A DNA stretch of 64,000 bases from Alphaproteobacteria bacterium (GCA_035625915.1 DASPOR010000039.1:24983-88982), one strand, 5' to 3'; positions 39,473 through 51,682 are shown, numbered from the stretch's first letter. Made by a program: numbers and translations. Notes: generated by a model from the letters alone, not told the origin.

Positions 39473-40440
39473 GGCGATACCTGCGGGATGGGCCGCAAGC
39501 CGCCCGCGGGCGGCACGCCGACGATGCGGATTTCCCAGCGAAGCTTGACCCCGCTCGTCTCACAAACGCGCAGGCGGACTTCTTCGCCGAGCGCTTCGAG
39601 ATCGGCGGCGGTCGCACCGCCGACATTGATCAGGAAATTGCAGTGCTTTTCCGAAACCATGGCGCCGCCACAGCGAAGGCCGCGGCAACCGGCCTTGTCG
39701 ATCAGTTGCCATGCTTTACGGCCCGCAGGATCGGCGCCATCCGGGTTTGCGAAGGTGCTGCCGCCGGTGCGGCTGCGAATCGGCTGGCTATCCTCGCGCG
39801 CACTTTGGATCTCTTGCATGCGCTTGGCGATCGAGGATCGGTCGCCCGGTGCTGCCTGGAGGAGTGCTCCCGTAAAAATCCAATCCTCGGGTGCAGCACA
39901 ATGTCGATAGGAGAGGCCGAGGGCCGAGAGGGGCAAGCGATGGAGATGCCCGGCGAGATCGATCGCTTCCGCCTCCACCAATGCGTCCTTGATCTCGCGG
40001 CCGTAAGCACCGGCATTCATGCGCAAGGCGCCGCCGATCGTACCGGGAATCCCGGAGAGGAACTCTAGTCCGGCCAAGCCGGCTTCGGCAGCACTCAACG
40101 CGACATTGAGATCGAGCGCACCCGCACCCGCGCGCAGCCTCGTACCTTCGACCTCGATCCCCGCAAATTCGCGCCCGAGCCTGATCACCACGCCGGGCAC
40201 GCCGCCGTCTCGAACCAAAAGGTTCGATCCGACGCCGATGACCGTTACGGGCACGTCGACGGGCTTTGCGGCAAGGAATGCGGCGAGGTCTTCGCGGTCG
40301 GCGGGCCGGAACATCACTTCCGCCGCACCGCCGACACGGAACCACGTAATCCGGTCGAGGGGCGCGTTCTCCGTAAGTCGTCCCCGAACGGGCGGGAGCC
40401 GCTCGATAACGTGGAGCGGGAGTTGCTTTGCGGCCATCAT
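39469..40440 (-). CDS. murB: UDP-N-acetylenolpyruvoylglucosamine reductase MurB
   Basis: FAD-binding MurB ([10 protein letters not shown]...IGVGSNLLV). ATGA overlaps with both neighbours. The ORF-finder 125-aa N-terminal extension is Arg-rich artefact. Confidence 0.9.
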   Translation of the reverse strand: MMAAKQLPLHVIERLPPVRGRLTENAPLDRITWFRVGGAAEVMFRPADREDLAAFLAAKPVDVPVTVIGVGSNLLVRDGGVPGVVIRLGREFAGIEVEGTRLRAGAGALDLNVALSAAEAGLAGLEFLSGIPGTIGGALRMNAGAYGREIKDALVEAEAIDLAGHLHRLPLSALGLSYRHCAAPEDWIFTGALLQAAPGDRSSIAKRMQEIQSAREDSQPIRSRTGGSTFANPDGADPAGRKAWQLIDKAGCRGLRCGGAMVSEKHCNFLINVGGATAADLEALGEEVRLRVCETSGVKLRWEIRIVGVPPAGGLRPIPQVSP

Positions 40441-41879
40441 CCGTTTGCCCCGCTTCGTTGGCCCGCACGCCGCGAAAATTGCGCCTCGAGCTCCGCCGGT
40501 AGCGCGTGCGCCCAATTCGTGATGCTGCCCGCCCCAACGCAGACAACCATGTCGCCCGGTTCCGCCACCTCGGCGACGATGCCGGCAAGCTCGGCGGGAT
40601 CGGCGAGCGGGATCACTCTGCGATGGCCGTGGCTGCGCAGTCCCTCGACGAGCGCGTCGCGGCCGACCCCTTCGATGGGCTGCTCGCCTGCCGCGTAGAC
40701 CTCCGCGACAATCACGGCATCCGCCTCGTTGAAGCAGGTGCAAAAATCCTCGAATAGATCGTGAAGGCGCGTATAGCGGTGGGGCTGCATGACCGCGATG
40801 ACTCGACCGTGGCAAGCCGTCCTCACCGCGCGCATCACCGCTGCGATCTCGACCGGGTGGTGGCCGTAGTCATCGATGACGCGGATACCCGCGACTTCGC
40901 CAATCACGGTGAGCCGACGCTTCACTCCCGCGAAGCTCGCGAGCGCCTTGCGGATCGTCGCCTCCTCCATTCCCATCTCGTAGGCGATGGCGATGGCGGC
41001 GAGGGAATTTTGCACGTTGTGCTGGCCGAGCATGGGGAGCGTGAGCCCCTCGAAGCGTTTTTCCTCGCCCCGGAACCGGTCGGCGACTGTGACCGTGTAG
41101 CGCGAACCGCTTGGGCCCAGTGTTACGTCGGAGGCACGCACGTCGGCTTGCGGGCTCATGCCATATGTAATGATCTTGCGGTCGAGCACGCGGGGGATGA
41201 GGGCCTGCACCTCCGGATGGTCGATGCAGAGCGCTGCGAAACCGTAGAACGGGATATTCTGGACAAAGGATGCAAACGCGTCGCGCACCTTGTCGAAGCT
41301 TCCGTAAAAATCGAGGTGCTCGGGATCGATGTTGGTCACGACGCAGATCGTGGCCGGCAGTTTGACGAAAGTGCCGTCGGATTCGTCGGCCTCGACCACC
41401 ATCCATTCGCCGCTGCCGAGGCGCGCGTTAGTGCCGTAGGCGTTGATGATGCCGCCATTGATCACGGTCGGGTCGATGCCCGCCGTCTCCAGCATCGCGG
41501 CGACCATCGAAGTCGTCGTCGTCTTGCCGTGGGTTCCCCCGACCGCGACCGACCATTTGAGCCGCATCAGCTCGCCGAGCATTTCCGCGCGTCGTACGAT
41601 CGGCATGAGCCGCTCGCGTGCGGCCTTGACCTCGGGATTGTCCGATTTGATCGCCGATGAGACGACGACGACCTCGGCTTCACCGAGATTTTCCTCGCGA
41701 TGGCCGAGTGCAATCGGGATCCCGAACGTTCTGAGGCGGCGGACGTTGGCGCTATCCGAGACGTCACTGCCCTGAACCTTGTAACCGAGATTGTGCAAAA
41801 TCTCGGCGATGCCGCTCATGCCGATGCCGCCGATGCCGACGAAGTGGATGATCCCGATATCGAGAGGCAGTGTCCTCAT
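40437..41879 (-). CDS. murC: UDP-N-acetylmuramate--L-alanine ligase MurC
   Basis: Mur ligase family; N-terminus [18 protein letters not shown] is typical of MurC. Confidence 0.92.
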   Translation of the reverse strand: MRTLPLDIGIIHFVGIGGIGMSGIAEILHNLGYKVQGSDVSDSANVRRLRTFGIPIALGHREENLGEAEVVVVSSAIKSDNPEVKAARERLMPIVRRAEMLGELMRLKWSVAVGGTHGKTTTTSMVAAMLETAGIDPTVINGGIINAYGTNARLGSGEWMVVEADESDGTFVKLPATICVVTNIDPEHLDFYGSFDKVRDAFASFVQNIPFYGFAALCIDHPEVQALIPRVLDRKIITYGMSPQADVRASDVTLGPSGSRYTVTVADRFRGEEKRFEGLTLPMLGQHNVQNSLAAIAIAYEMGMEEATIRKALASFAGVKRRLTVIGEVAGIRVIDDYGHHPVEIAAVMRAVRTACHGRVIAVMQPHRYTRLHDLFEDFCTCFNEADAVIVAEVYAAGEQPIEGVGRDALVEGLRSHGHRRVIPLADPAELAGIVAEVAEPGDMVVCVGAGSITNWAHALPAELEAQFSRRAGQRSGANG

Positions 41880-43015
41880 TCCGCGGCAACTTTCATGGGC
41901 TGGGGGTTTCCGTTGGCCGGCAACAGCCGCTCCGCGAGCGAGGCGAGCCGCTCGGCGGCATCGATTCGCGCAACCGCCTGCGCTGCGCGCGCGGCGGCAG
42001 CGAGCGCTTCGGGGAGCGTGATAAGCGCTTCGAGCCGGCTTGCGAGTTTGGCCGCATCGAAATGTCGCTCCGGGATCAGCCAGGCCCCGCCTGCGGCGTC
42101 GATGGCCTGCGCGTTTGCGAGTTGGTGGCCGTCGATCGCATGGGGGTAGGGAACGAGAATCGCCGGCCGGCCGGAAGCCATGAGTTCGGCGCAGGTCGAA
42201 GCACCGGCGCGGCAGATAGCGAGGTGGCACGCCGCGAGTCGTGCGGGCATGTCGTCGAAGAAGGGCTGAATGTCGGCCGCGACCCCGCAGGCACTGTAAG
42301 CGGCGCGCACGGATTCCACATCCTCCGGCCGCGCCTGCTGGCCAACGGCGATCCGCCCGCGCAGGCTTTGCGGGAGTTGCGCTATTGCCGCAGGCACGAT
42401 GTGTGCGAACACGCGAGCGCCCTGGCTTCCGCCGGTCACGAGGAGCTTGAACGGGCCGTCAGCCTTGAAGGCGAAGGGCGGCTGCGTCGCAAGAACCGCG
42501 ATGTCCGCGCGGACGGGATTGCCGGTCACCACGATCTTCACCCGGTCGGTCTGGCGGACGGCCGCGGTGTCCTCGAACGAGGTCGCGATGGATCGCACAT
42601 AAGGGGCGAGCAGACGATTGGCGCGACCGAGGATCGCATTCTGCTCGTGAAGGGCCGTAGGGAGACGGGCGAGGACGGCCGCGGCCATCGTCGGCAGTGC
42701 GGCGTAGCCGCCAAAACCCAAAACGGCGTCGGGCTTCATCGATGAAATGCAGGATCGCGCCTCGAGAAAGCCGATGCCCAAGCGAAACGTCGCCGCGACA
42801 CGTTGAAGGACGCTGCGGCCGGAGATTCCACCCGCCGCGATCGTGCGCACCGCCGAACCGGCGAATTTTTCGGTATGGGCCGCACCCCTGCGGTCGGTCA
42901 CCAACAGGACGCGATGGCCCCGCGCAAGCAAGGTGCGCGCCGTTGCCTCGGCGGGAAACATGTGCCCGCCGGTTCCACCTGCGGCCAGGAGGATGAGACG
43001 GGGTGCTCCGGTCAT
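41876..43015 (-). CDS. murG: Undecaprenyldiphospho-muramoylpentapeptide beta-N-acetylglucosaminyltransferase MurG
   Basis: GT28 family ([16 protein letters not shown]). The 987-aa six-frame ORF is murG plus non-coding read-through. Confidence 0.92.
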   Translation of the reverse strand: MTGAPRLILLAAGGTGGHMFPAEATARTLLARGHRVLLVTDRRGAAHTEKFAGSAVRTIAAGGISGRSVLQRVAATFRLGIGFLEARSCISSMKPDAVLGFGGYAALPTMAAAVLARLPTALHEQNAILGRANRLLAPYVRSIATSFEDTAAVRQTDRVKIVVTGNPVRADIAVLATQPPFAFKADGPFKLLVTGGSQGARVFAHIVPAAIAQLPQSLRGRIAVGQQARPEDVESVRAAYSACGVAADIQPFFDDMPARLAACHLAICRAGASTCAELMASGRPAILVPYPHAIDGHQLANAQAIDAAGGAWLIPERHFDAAKLASRLEALITLPEALAAAARAAQAVARIDAAERLASLAERLLPANGNPQPMKVAAE

Positions 43016-44139
43016 CCGATTCCTCCCGGTCCCACGCGCCGGCGGGTCAGTGCTAGGACCATCCCCATCCCGAGCGCCAGGGCGAGGAGGGAGGACCCGC
43101 CATAGCTGATGAAAGGCAACGTCATACCCTTGGTCGGCATGAGATGCAGCTCGGACGCCATGTTGACGACGGCCTGAAGCCCGAACTGCACAAGAAGGCC
43201 CGCACCCGATAACAGCACGAAGAGGTTCTGCTCCTCCAACAGCCGACCGATGCCGCGCAGGATGACGAAGCCAAAGATCGTCACGATCCCAAGGCAGGCG
43301 AAGAGCCCGAACTCCTCGCCGGCAACCGCGAAAACGAAGTCGCTGTGCGCGTCCGGAAGGTGGAGCTTTGCGACACCCTCGCCGGGGCCGCGCCCGTAGA
43401 GGCCGCCATTCGAGAACGCTTCCATCGCGCGCTCGACCTGATAGCTGTCGCCCGACTGCGGATTGAGAAAGCGGTCGACGCGGCTCGCTACGTGCGGGAG
43501 CGTGAAATAGGCGGCTACGAGTGCCGCCATCCCGAGTGTGGTGAAAAGGACGACCCAATACATGCGCAATCCCGCAAGGAAGAATTGGGCGAACCACACG
43601 GCAGAGACGACGAAGAGCATGCCAATGTCGGGTTGTGCTGCGAGGATCGCAGCGACGGCGAAGTAGAGTACGATCGCGATGAAGTTGCCCGGGATTCGTG
43701 CGCCTTGACGCTGCCCGGCGAACATCCACGCGGTCACCACCGCAAAGGCGGGCTTGATGAATTCCGAGGGCTGAATCGAAAGGCCCGCGAGATAGATCCA
43801 ACGCCGAGCGCCCTTGATCTCCGTGCCGATCGCCGGCGTGAGCGCCATCAGGGCGAAAGCGATCAGGAACACGACGACCGCAAGCCGGCGCACGCCGCGC
43901 GGCTCGAGGAGCGAGACGGCCAACATGAGCGCCAGCGCAATCGGGAGATAGAAAAGTTCGCGTTTCACGAAATAGAAGGAGTCGTAGCCGATCCGGGCCG
44001 CAACCGAGGGACTCGCGGCGAGGCACAGGATGATGCCCAACAGGGCGAGGGCGCCGATCGCGACAAGGAGCCACTTGTCGACCGTCCACCACCAGCGGCC
44101 AATGACGCTTCTGTCGGTGCGGGCGAAGGTCATGGTCAT
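43012..44139 (-). CDS. ftsW: Peptidoglycan glycosyltransferase FtsW (SEDS family)
   Basis: Ten-TM SEDS protein with the conserved C-terminal PTKGMTLPFISYGGSS. Confidence 0.92.
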   Translation of the reverse strand: MTMTFARTDRSVIGRWWWTVDKWLLVAIGALALLGIILCLAASPSVAARIGYDSFYFVKRELFYLPIALALMLAVSLLEPRGVRRLAVVVFLIAFALMALTPAIGTEIKGARRWIYLAGLSIQPSEFIKPAFAVVTAWMFAGQRQGARIPGNFIAIVLYFAVAAILAAQPDIGMLFVVSAVWFAQFFLAGLRMYWVVLFTTLGMAALVAAYFTLPHVASRVDRFLNPQSGDSYQVERAMEAFSNGGLYGRGPGEGVAKLHLPDAHSDFVFAVAGEEFGLFACLGIVTIFGFVILRGIGRLLEEQNLFVLLSGAGLLVQFGLQAVVNMASELHLMPTKGMTLPFISYGGSSLLALALGMGMVLALTRRRVGPGGIG

Positions 44140-45548
44140 GCGCGAACCTCGGCATTGCGCCGCGGCCCGTCCGCTCCGGGCAACGCACCGACGAGTGCGC
44201 GGAACGCTTCGCCGCGGGCCTCGAAATTCTCGAATTGGTCCCAAGACGCACAGGCAGGCGAAAGCAGAACCACGGGCCGGACGGCGCGCTCGCGCGTCGC
44301 GGCCGCATTCGCCGCCACGACGGCCTTGGCGAGTGTTCCGCAATGCGTGTGGGGTACTCTCCCTTCGAGTGTGCGCGCGAAATCCCCGGCCGCTTCACCG
44401 ATGAGGTAGGCATGCGCGATGCGACCGAAGTGGTGTGCAAGCGACGCGATGCCGCCTTCCTTGGCCCGCCCGCCCGCGATCCAATGGATATGCTCGTAGC
44501 AGACGAGGGCTTTTTCCGCTGCGTCTGCGTTGGTGGCCTTGCTGTCGTTGACGAAGCGCACGCCGCCGATCGTGGCGATGAGTTCCTGGCGGTGCGCCAA
44601 TCCGGGGAAGCTTTCGAGATGGACGGCGATAGCACTTGGGGATGCGCCCGTGGGTTTCGTCGCTGCGTAAGCGGCGGCGGCGTTCTGCCAGTTGTGCCGG
44701 CCGGGCAGGGTCGGGATTCGCCTGAGGTCCGCGACCTCGGTCTCGGGCCCATCGGCTGCGTCGATGAGCAGGCCGTCGGGCGCATATACACCGCGCTGCA
44801 GGCGGCGCTTTGCGGAAATCGGCACGACGATCCGGTCACTCTTTTTGGTCAGCGCCTCGAAAATGCCCTCTGAATGGGCGTCGTCGACGCCGATGACGGC
44901 GGTGCAAGGCTTCGTCTGGCGATCGAAGATGTGCGCCTTGGCGCGGACGTAGCCCTCCATCCCGCCGTGACGGTCAAGATGGTCGGGTGTGATATTGGTT
45001 AGGACCGCAACGTCGAATGCGAGCGATGAGAGGAGTTCGAGCTGGTAGGACGACAGCTCGAGCACGTAGATGCCGTGCCGGTCGAGCGGGGCAAGTTCGA
45101 GGGCCGGCGTGCCGAGATTGCCGCCGACTTCGACCCGCCGTCCGGCGCTGCGGAGGACGTGGCCGATAAGCGCTGTCGTGGTCGATTTCCCATTGGTGCC
45201 AGTGACGCCGATATAAGCGGCGTCCCGCTGGCTCCGCGCCAAAAGCTCAACGTCGCAGACGATTTCGAGACCGGCATCGCGGGCACGCACCGCAATCGGA
45301 TGCGGCTTCGGATGGGTGTGAGGAATGCCGGGACTCCACACGATGGTGCGTGCACGGGCGAGATCTGCCCCTGTGAGATCGACGACCGGCACGCCCGAAG
45401 AGGCTGCCGTGGCACGGCGTGCTGGATTGTCATCCCACGCCCAAACCTCGGCGCCGCTTCGCAGCAGCGACCTTGCGCTCGCCATCCCGCTTTTGCCGAG
45501 GCCCATCACGGCGACCGGCTGCCCGGCCAGTGAGGCGACTTCGATCAT
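44136..45548 (-). CDS. murD: UDP-N-acetylmuramoylalanine--D-glutamate ligase MurD
   Basis: Mur ligase (VMGLGKSG, GVTGTNGKSTT). Start ATG with GAGGTGAGG SD directly after the mraY stop. Confidence 0.92.
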   Translation of the reverse strand: MIEVASLAGQPVAVMGLGKSGMASARSLLRSGAEVWAWDDNPARRATAASSGVPVVDLTGADLARARTIVWSPGIPHTHPKPHPIAVRARDAGLEIVCDVELLARSQRDAAYIGVTGTNGKSTTTALIGHVLRSAGRRVEVGGNLGTPALELAPLDRHGIYVLELSSYQLELLSSLAFDVAVLTNITPDHLDRHGGMEGYVRAKAHIFDRQTKPCTAVIGVDDAHSEGIFEALTKKSDRIVVPISAKRRLQRGVYAPDGLLIDAADGPETEVADLRRIPTLPGRHNWQNAAAAYAATKPTGASPSAIAVHLESFPGLAHRQELIATIGGVRFVNDSKATNADAAEKALVCYEHIHWIAGGRAKEGGIASLAHHFGRIAHAYLIGEAAGDFARTLEGRVPHTHCGTLAKAVVAANAAATRERAVRPVVLLSPACASWDQFENFEARGEAFRALVGALPGADGPRRNAEVRA

Positions 45549-45553
45549 GTGCC

Positions 45554-46642
45554 TCACCTCAGCTTCAGCGTGGATAGGCCGGCCAACGCCAGAATCGACG
45601 CGATGATCCAGAACCGGATGACGATCGTCGACTCCTTCCAGCCCTTCTTCTCGAAGTGATGGTGGAGCGGCGCCATGCGGAAGACGCGCTTGCCGGTGAG
45701 CTTGAAGGATGCGACCTGGACCATGACCGAGACGGTCTCGAGCACGAAAAGACCGCCCACGATCGCAAGCACCAGCTCGTGCTTGGTGATGACGCTGATG
45801 GCGCCCAACGCGCCGCCGCACGAAAGCGAGCCGGTGTCGCCCATGAAGACCATCGCCGGCGGCGCATTGTACCAAAGAAAGCCGAGTGAGGCGCCGACGA
45901 GTGCCCCGCAAAAAACCGCGAGCTCGCCGCTTCCGGCCACATAGTGAAGCTGGAGATAGTTCGCAAAGACCGTATTGCCGACCACGTAGGAGATAAGACC
46001 GAACACGCTCGCCGCGATCATGACCGGCACGATCGCGAGGCCGTCCAGTCCATCCGTAAGATTGACCGCATTCGATGCCCCCGCGATGACGAATGCGGCG
46101 ACGGGCAAAAAGAACCAGCCGAGCTGCAAGAGCACGGCCTTGAAGAAAGGTACGGCGAAACTCGTATTGAGCGGGGAAGGTGCATGCTGCATCACCCACA
46201 GGGCGGCGAGGAGGGCGATCGTGACCTGGCCGAGAAACTTGACCCTGCTCGGCAAGCCTTTGCTCGAGCGGCGGCTGAGCTTCAGGTAGTCATCGGCGGC
46301 GCCGATCGCCCCGAAGCCGAATGTCACGAACATCACGAGCCAGACATAACCGTTCGTCACGTCGGCCCAGAGCAGCGTGCTGAGCGTGAGGGCCGCGAGG
46401 ATGAGTACGCCCCCCATCGTAGGCGTGCCTTTTTTGGTGATGAGGTGGCTCTCGGGCCCGTCGTCGCGGATCGGTTGGCCTTCGCGCTGCTTGCGCTTGA
46501 GCCAGGCGATGAAATGCGGCCCGAGCCAGAAGCTAATGAAGAGTGCCGTCGCGATCGCCCCGCCGGTGCGGAACGTGATGTACCGAAATAGGTTGAGCGG
46601 TCCGAAATCTTCGGCGAGGGGGGAAAGGATGTCGTAGAGCAT
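45554..46642 (-). CDS. mraY: Phospho-N-acetylmuramoyl-pentapeptide transferase MraY
   Basis: MraY family ([16 protein letters not shown], multi-TM). Confidence 0.93.
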   Translation of the reverse strand: MLYDILSPLAEDFGPLNLFRYITFRTGGAIATALFISFWLGPHFIAWLKRKQREGQPIRDDGPESHLITKKGTPTMGGVLILAALTLSTLLWADVTNGYVWLVMFVTFGFGAIGAADDYLKLSRRSSKGLPSRVKFLGQVTIALLAALWVMQHAPSPLNTSFAVPFFKAVLLQLGWFFLPVAAFVIAGASNAVNLTDGLDGLAIVPVMIAASVFGLISYVVGNTVFANYLQLHYVAGSGELAVFCGALVGASLGFLWYNAPPAMVFMGDTGSLSCGGALGAISVITKHELVLAIVGGLFVLETVSVMVQVASFKLTGKRVFRMAPLHHHFEKKGWKESTIVIRFWIIASILALAGLSTLKLR

Positions 46643-46655
46643 TTCTTGTTGTTCC

Positions 46656-48077
46656 TTACCCGTTGACCGCATGGGGCATCTGGTGGAGTGCTAGGAGTGC
46701 ATCCACCACCTTCGCCATGCGCGAGCCAAGCGAGCCTTTGACGGTCACAACGTCCCCGGGACGGATCTGTTCCACGAGAATCTTCGCAAGCGCTTCGGAA
46801 GTCTCGGCGTGGGCGCCGCGCATCTCGGCCGGCAGCGCCTCGTGAAGTGCCCGCATGAATGTACCGGCGCTGAACACGAGATCGATGCGCCCGGCGCGCA
46901 AGGCGCTCTCGAGACTTGCGTGGAGATGCCTCGATTCTGGTCCAAGCTCAAGCATGTCGCCGAGGGCCGCGATCCTTCGCCCCGCCGCACCGGGCTTCGA
47001 ATTCGCAAGGATTTCGATAGCACCGCGCATCGATGCGGGCGACGCATTGTAGCTGTCGTCGATCAACTCGAAGCTGCCGCCCGCCATTTCGACGCGATGG
47101 CGCTTGCCGCGACCCTTCGGCGCCGCAAGCTCCTTGAGCGTTGCGGCCGCCTGGTCGACATCGGCGCCGACCGCATGCGCGGCGGCGAGCACGGCTAGGC
47201 TGTTGAACGCCCAATGCCGGCCTGGCACACCCAGTCGAAATTTGATCTCGCGGCCATCGAAAGAGGCGCCCACATCGCTGCCGTTTCGCACTGGCTTGTA
47301 AGACGTGAGCCGCATTTGCGCTTCGCGATGAGCGCCGAAGCTGATGACGCGGTCCACGCCCGCCGCGTAGGCGCTTACGATAAGGACCGGGAAGAACGGA
47401 TTATCGCGGTTGAGGATTGCGACCCCGCCGCGCATGCCCGAGAAGATTTCAGCCTTCGCCTCGGCGATCGCCATGACCGTGTCGAAGTATTCCATGTGCA
47501 CCGCGGCGACGGTGGTGATGATTGCGACGTGGGGGGCCACGAGAACCGAGAGTGGGGCCAGTTCGCCCGGATGGTTCATGCCAAGCTCGAAGACGCCGTA
47601 TTGCGCATCGCGCGGCATGCGCGCAAGCGAAAGCGGCACGCCCCAAAGATTGTTGAGGCTCGCCGCACTTGCCGTCGTCTTCCCCTGACGCTCGAGCACG
47701 AGCTTGAGGGCTTCCTTGGTGCCGGTCTTGCCAACGCTGCCGGTGACCGCGATCACCTTGGCGTTCGTGCGCGCACGCGCGGCGCGGCCCAGGGCTTCGA
47801 GTGCGGCCTGGGTGTCCTCGACGACGACGAGCGGGGCCGCATCGCAGCCACGGGGTATTGCGGCCACGACCGCGGCGACAGCACCAGCCTCAAGTGCCGC
47901 GGCGACGAAGTCATGCCCGTCGACACGCGGACCCTTGATTGCAACGAAGAGGTCGCCTGGCTCGGCACTTCGGCTGTCGATCGAAACCCCACTTGCATGC
48001 CATGTCGCGTTGCTCACCCCGCCGGTCGCTCGCGCAACCTCATCCGAGCGCCAGATTTGAGTCCTTACGGCAGTCAT
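46656..48077 (-). CDS. murF: UDP-N-acetylmuramoyl-tripeptide--D-alanyl-D-alanine ligase MurF
   Basis: Mur ligase family with the MurF-type N-terminal domain. Confidence 0.9.
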   Translation of the reverse strand: MTAVRTQIWRSDEVARATGGVSNATWHASGVSIDSRSAEPGDLFVAIKGPRVDGHDFVAAALEAGAVAAVVAAIPRGCDAAPLVVVEDTQAALEALGRAARARTNAKVIAVTGSVGKTGTKEALKLVLERQGKTTASAASLNNLWGVPLSLARMPRDAQYGVFELGMNHPGELAPLSVLVAPHVAIITTVAAVHMEYFDTVMAIAEAKAEIFSGMRGGVAILNRDNPFFPVLIVSAYAAGVDRVISFGAHREAQMRLTSYKPVRNGSDVGASFDGREIKFRLGVPGRHWAFNSLAVLAAAHAVGADVDQAAATLKELAAPKGRGKRHRVEMAGGSFELIDDSYNASPASMRGAIEILANSKPGAAGRRIAALGDMLELGPESRHLHASLESALRAGRIDLVFSAGTFMRALHEALPAEMRGAHAETSEALAKILVEQIRPGDVVTVKGSLGSRMAKVVDALLALHQMPHAVNG

Positions 48078-49528
48078 TTGACGGTCCCGTCGAGGGCCGA
48101 AGCGACTGCCCGCACCACTTCCGCGTCGTCGAAGGGAATCGTCTTGTCCCCCACGATCTGCCCGCGTTCATGGCCCTTGCCCGCGATCACCAGCGTGTCG
48201 CCCGCTTCAAGCGAGCGCATCGCCGTTTCCACCGCCGCCGCACGGTCGCCGATTTCGAGCGCACCCGGGCAATCCGCGAGAATCTGGCTGCGGATGGCGC
48301 TCGGATCCTCCGTGCGAGGATTGTCGTCGGTCACGATCGTCCGGTCGGCAAGCCTCGCGGCGATGGCGCCCATCTGGGGCCGCTTGCCGGCGTCGCGATC
48401 GCCGCCACAGCCGAAGACGACGACCAGACGGCGCTCGGTATGACGACGAAGGGCATGGAGGACCGCTTCGAGTGCGCCGGGCTTATGGGCGTAGTCGACG
48501 AATATGGCTGCCCCGTTGGAAAGGCGGGCGATGCGCTGCATTCGACCGGGAACACCTTGCAGGTGAGGCAACGATGCGATCGCCGCGTGCGCATCTCCAC
48601 CGGAGCCGACGACGAGACCGAGGGCGGCAAGCAGATTGCCGGCTTGGAAATCGCCCACCAGTCCGACCGATACCTCATGACGACGGCTCTCATAGACGAA
48701 GTGGACCGTCTGGCCGGTTGCACTGGCGCGCACGCTCTCGAGGCGCAAGGTCTCGCCGTTGACGCCGTAGCTCAGCACCCGAAGCCCGCGCACCCGGCAA
48801 GTCTCCAAAAGTGCGCCGTATTCGGGCACATCGGCGTTCAGAACGGCACTGGCGCCATCCGCCATCACCTCGGCGAACAAGCGGCGCTTCGCCGCGAAAT
48901 AAGCCTCCATCGTCGGGTGATAATCGAGATGGTCGCGGTTCAAATTGGTGAAGGCGGCGGCGCGCACCGCGACCCCGTCGAGGCGATATTGGTCGAGGCC
49001 ATGAGAGGACGCTTCCATGGCCACATGGTCGATGCCCGCGGCGGCGAGATCGGCCAAATCCTTGTGGAGCGCTATCGGATCCGGGGTGGTGAGGCTGCCA
49101 TAGCGCGTGAGGCCGGGCGCGATGATGCCGAGCGTGCCGAGGCTCGCGGCCTGGAAACCGAGTTCGGTCCAGAGCTGGCGTGTGAAGCACGCGATCGAGG
49201 TTTTTCCGCTGGTTCCGGTCACGGCGGCGACCACGCGCGGTTGGCGGCGGTAAAATCGCGCCGCCATGAGCGCAAGCCGTCGACGCGGGTTCGGATCGGC
49301 GACAAATGCGACGCCACGCCTGAGCGGCATCCGGTCGGCATCGGCGAGGATGGCGACGGCACCTCGTTCGACCGCGTCAGCGATGAATTCCCGTCCGTCG
49401 GTTTTTGCGCCGGGCAAGGCCGCAAAAAGATAACCGGGTTCGACCCGTCGTGAGTCGGACGCAAGGCCGAGGATGTCGATCTCGGCCCAGGCAGGGTCAT
49501 TCAGTGCGGTGTAAGCAACTCCGTTCAT
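48074..49528 (-). CDS. murE: UDP-N-acetylmuramoyl-L-alanyl-D-glutamate--2,6-diaminopimelate ligase MurE
   Basis: Mur ligase (AVTGTSGKTS) with the meso-DAP-specifying region. The 73-aa upstream extension is artefact. Confidence 0.9.
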   Translation of the reverse strand: MNGVAYTALNDPAWAEIDILGLASDSRRVEPGYLFAALPGAKTDGREFIADAVERGAVAILADADRMPLRRGVAFVADPNPRRRLALMAARFYRRQPRVVAAVTGTSGKTSIACFTRQLWTELGFQAASLGTLGIIAPGLTRYGSLTTPDPIALHKDLADLAAAGIDHVAMEASSHGLDQYRLDGVAVRAAAFTNLNRDHLDYHPTMEAYFAAKRRLFAEVMADGASAVLNADVPEYGALLETCRVRGLRVLSYGVNGETLRLESVRASATGQTVHFVYESRRHEVSVGLVGDFQAGNLLAALGLVVGSGGDAHAAIASLPHLQGVPGRMQRIARLSNGAAIFVDYAHKPGALEAVLHALRRHTERRLVVVFGCGGDRDAGKRPQMGAIAARLADRTIVTDDNPRTEDPSAIRSQILADCPGALEIGDRAAAVETAMRSLEAGDTLVIAGKGHERGQIVGDKTIPFDDAEVVRAVASALDGTVK

Positions 49529-49532
49529 CAGC

Positions 49533-51275
49533 TCAATTAAGCGCAAGCTTCCGTTCCTGTGGATTGATCTGCACCCAAAGTGCCCGCTCGATCGCCGGGT
49601 CCTTCTCGTCGATCGGCATGACGCCGAGGAGAGGGGCAATGCGTTGCACGACGCGGTTGACCACCGGCACCGCGGTCCAGCCGCCGGTCGCGTAGCCGTG
49701 CGTCTGCTTTGTCGCGTGGGGCTCGTCATAAAACGCGAGCACCACATATTTCGGGTTGGTCATGGGGAACGCCCCGACGAATGAGGAGAGGAGCGCTTTT
49801 TTCGCATATCCGTGGAGCGACGCTTTCTCCGCCGTGCCGGTCTTTCCGCCGAGAAGATAGCCGGGAATAGAACCTTCCTTGGCCGTGCCGTCGGTGACTA
49901 CGAGGCGCATCAGGCGGCGCATCTCATCCGAGGTGCCCTCGGAGATGACGCGCACGCCCGATGCGTCTTCGCCCGCCCGGCGCTTGAGCAAAGTGGGGTC
50001 GTGGAGAATTCCGCCGTTCACAACCGCCGCACTCGCGGCTGCAACCTGGATCGGCTCGACCGACACGCCATGCCCGAATGCGATGGTCATGGTGTTGATC
50101 GGGCGCCACTGGGCGGGAAAGGCGGGCTCGCCGAGTTCGTCGATCTCGAGCTTGGATTGCGACAAAAGCCCCAGCCGGTCGAGGAACTCGTGCTGGACCG
50201 TCCCGCCGAAGTCGAGCGCCATCCTGGCGGCCCCGATGTTGGACGAATACATGAAGATTTCGGGCACGGTAAGGGCCCGCCGCATGTTGTGGTAGTCGTT
50301 GATCGTGAAGCGGGCGATCTGGATCGGATGCGAGGCGTCGTAGCTGCTCGTCAGTTTGGAAGTACCGGTCTCTAACGCCATCGCCGCCGTGAACACCTTG
50401 AAGATCGATCCCATCTCGTAGACGCCGAGCGTCATGCGGTTGAAGCGCTCGTCATCGCCCGCCTCGCCCGCCTTGTTCGCGTCAAAGTCCGGAAGCGAGA
50501 CCATGGCGAGCACTTCGCCCGTGCGCGCATCGAGCACCGCACCGCCCGCCGCCGCGGCCTGGTATTCCGCCATGCCTTGGGCAAGCTCCTCGCGCAGGAC
50601 GTGCTGAATCCGGAGGTCGAGCGAGAGGACGAGCGGCGAGCCACCCTTCGACAACGTTTCATCGAAGTGGCGTTCGATGCCGGCCATGCCGTGATTGTCG
50701 ACGTTGGTAAAGCCGACGACGTGCGCAGTCAAGACGCCATGCGGATAAACGCGCCGATCCTCGCGCTGGAAGTAGAGGCCGGGCAGGCCGAGACGATTGA
50801 CCTCATACTCCTGACGTGGGCTCAAACTGCGTTGGATCCAAACAAAGCGCTGCTCTCTTGTCAGTTTTTCCTCGATCTCCTTTACCTTGAGCTCGGGCAA
50901 AACCCGCACGAGCTGGCGTGCGGTATCGGCCGCGTTACGGATCTCCTTCGGGTCCGCGTAAAGCGAGGCCGTCTCCAAGCTGGTCGCGAGAAGCACGCCA
51001 TTGCGGTCGACGATATCCGCGCGCTCGAGCGGCAAGCGCGTGGCGCGCTCCGCATGCTCGGGTGAGGGCTCCTTCGGCTGGCTGAAGACTGTGACGTCGA
51101 CGAGGCGAAAGGCGATGACCGCGAACGCGATGGTGAAGAGGCCGGCGCAAAAGACCAGACGATTGCGGCCGATCTCGAGTGCTTGCTTGTTCGCACCTTC
51201 AAGGCGCACCGGACCGCCGTTACAGGCGGCGTCGTGGTGCGGATGGCAGGGGTTCTGCCGCCAAAGCTTCATCAT
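49533..51275 (-). CDS. ftsI: Peptidoglycan D,D-transpeptidase FtsI (PBP3)
   Basis: N-terminal TM anchor, PBP dimerisation domain, transpeptidase SxxK/SxN/KTG motifs (LGGKTGTAEK). Confidence 0.92.
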   Translation of the reverse strand: MMKLWRQNPCHPHHDAACNGGPVRLEGANKQALEIGRNRLVFCAGLFTIAFAVIAFRLVDVTVFSQPKEPSPEHAERATRLPLERADIVDRNGVLLATSLETASLYADPKEIRNAADTARQLVRVLPELKVKEIEEKLTREQRFVWIQRSLSPRQEYEVNRLGLPGLYFQREDRRVYPHGVLTAHVVGFTNVDNHGMAGIERHFDETLSKGGSPLVLSLDLRIQHVLREELAQGMAEYQAAAAGGAVLDARTGEVLAMVSLPDFDANKAGEAGDDERFNRMTLGVYEMGSIFKVFTAAMALETGTSKLTSSYDASHPIQIARFTINDYHNMRRALTVPEIFMYSSNIGAARMALDFGGTVQHEFLDRLGLLSQSKLEIDELGEPAFPAQWRPINTMTIAFGHGVSVEPIQVAAASAAVVNGGILHDPTLLKRRAGEDASGVRVISEGTSDEMRRLMRLVVTDGTAKEGSIPGYLLGGKTGTAEKASLHGYAKKALLSSFVGAFPMTNPKYVVLAFYDEPHATKQTHGYATGGWTAVPVVNRVVQRIAPLLGVMPIDEKDPAIERALWVQINPQERKLALN

Positions 51276-51682
51276 AGCGTGTCCTTCGCAAGGGTTACAC
51301 TGCCGCTTCGACCCTTTTGGGGCCGGGGAACCGGCAGTGGTATGGCAGGAGGAATGGGTGCCGTAGCACTCGGCGACGCATCGTCGGGCTGCGGCGCAGC
51401 AGGTGCTGGGCGCATCGGCAGATCGTCGAATCTGCCATATTGCTTACCCGCGAGCGGTTGGAGATTGAGATATTTGCGCGCGAGGGCCTCGATGTGCTCG
51501 GGCTGATTTCGGTAGCTCCATTCCGCTTTGAGCACGTGAATGGTTTCCTCGTTCTGGAGAATCTCGCGATTGATGCGAGTCAGCTTCTCTTCAAGTCCCT
51601 GGACCTGGTACTTGAGCTGAAAGAGCGCGAAGCCGAGCGCCAACACGAAGGCGAGCCAGAGCCATGTTGCTCGATGCATCAT
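51272..51682 (-). CDS. ftsL: Cell division protein FtsL
   Basis: Small bitopic protein (TM WLWLAFVLALGFALF plus coiled coil) in the canonical position between rsmH and ftsI. Confidence 0.75.
   Translation of the reverse strand: MMHRATWLWLAFVLALGFALFQLKYQVQGLEEKLTRINREILQNEETIHVLKAEWSYRNQPEHIEALARKYLNLQPLAGKQYGRFDDLPMRPAPAAPQPDDASPSATAPIPPAIPLPVPRPQKGRSGSVTLAKDTL

Noticed and set aside
41876-44839. Single 987-aa minus-strand ORF spanning murG through ftsW and murD
   Set aside because: Only the C-terminal 379 aa (41876-43015) are MurG. The upstream part is out-of-frame read-through over ftsW/murD with junk Arg-rich sequence. The real ftsW and murD lie in other frames with ATGA-coupled starts.
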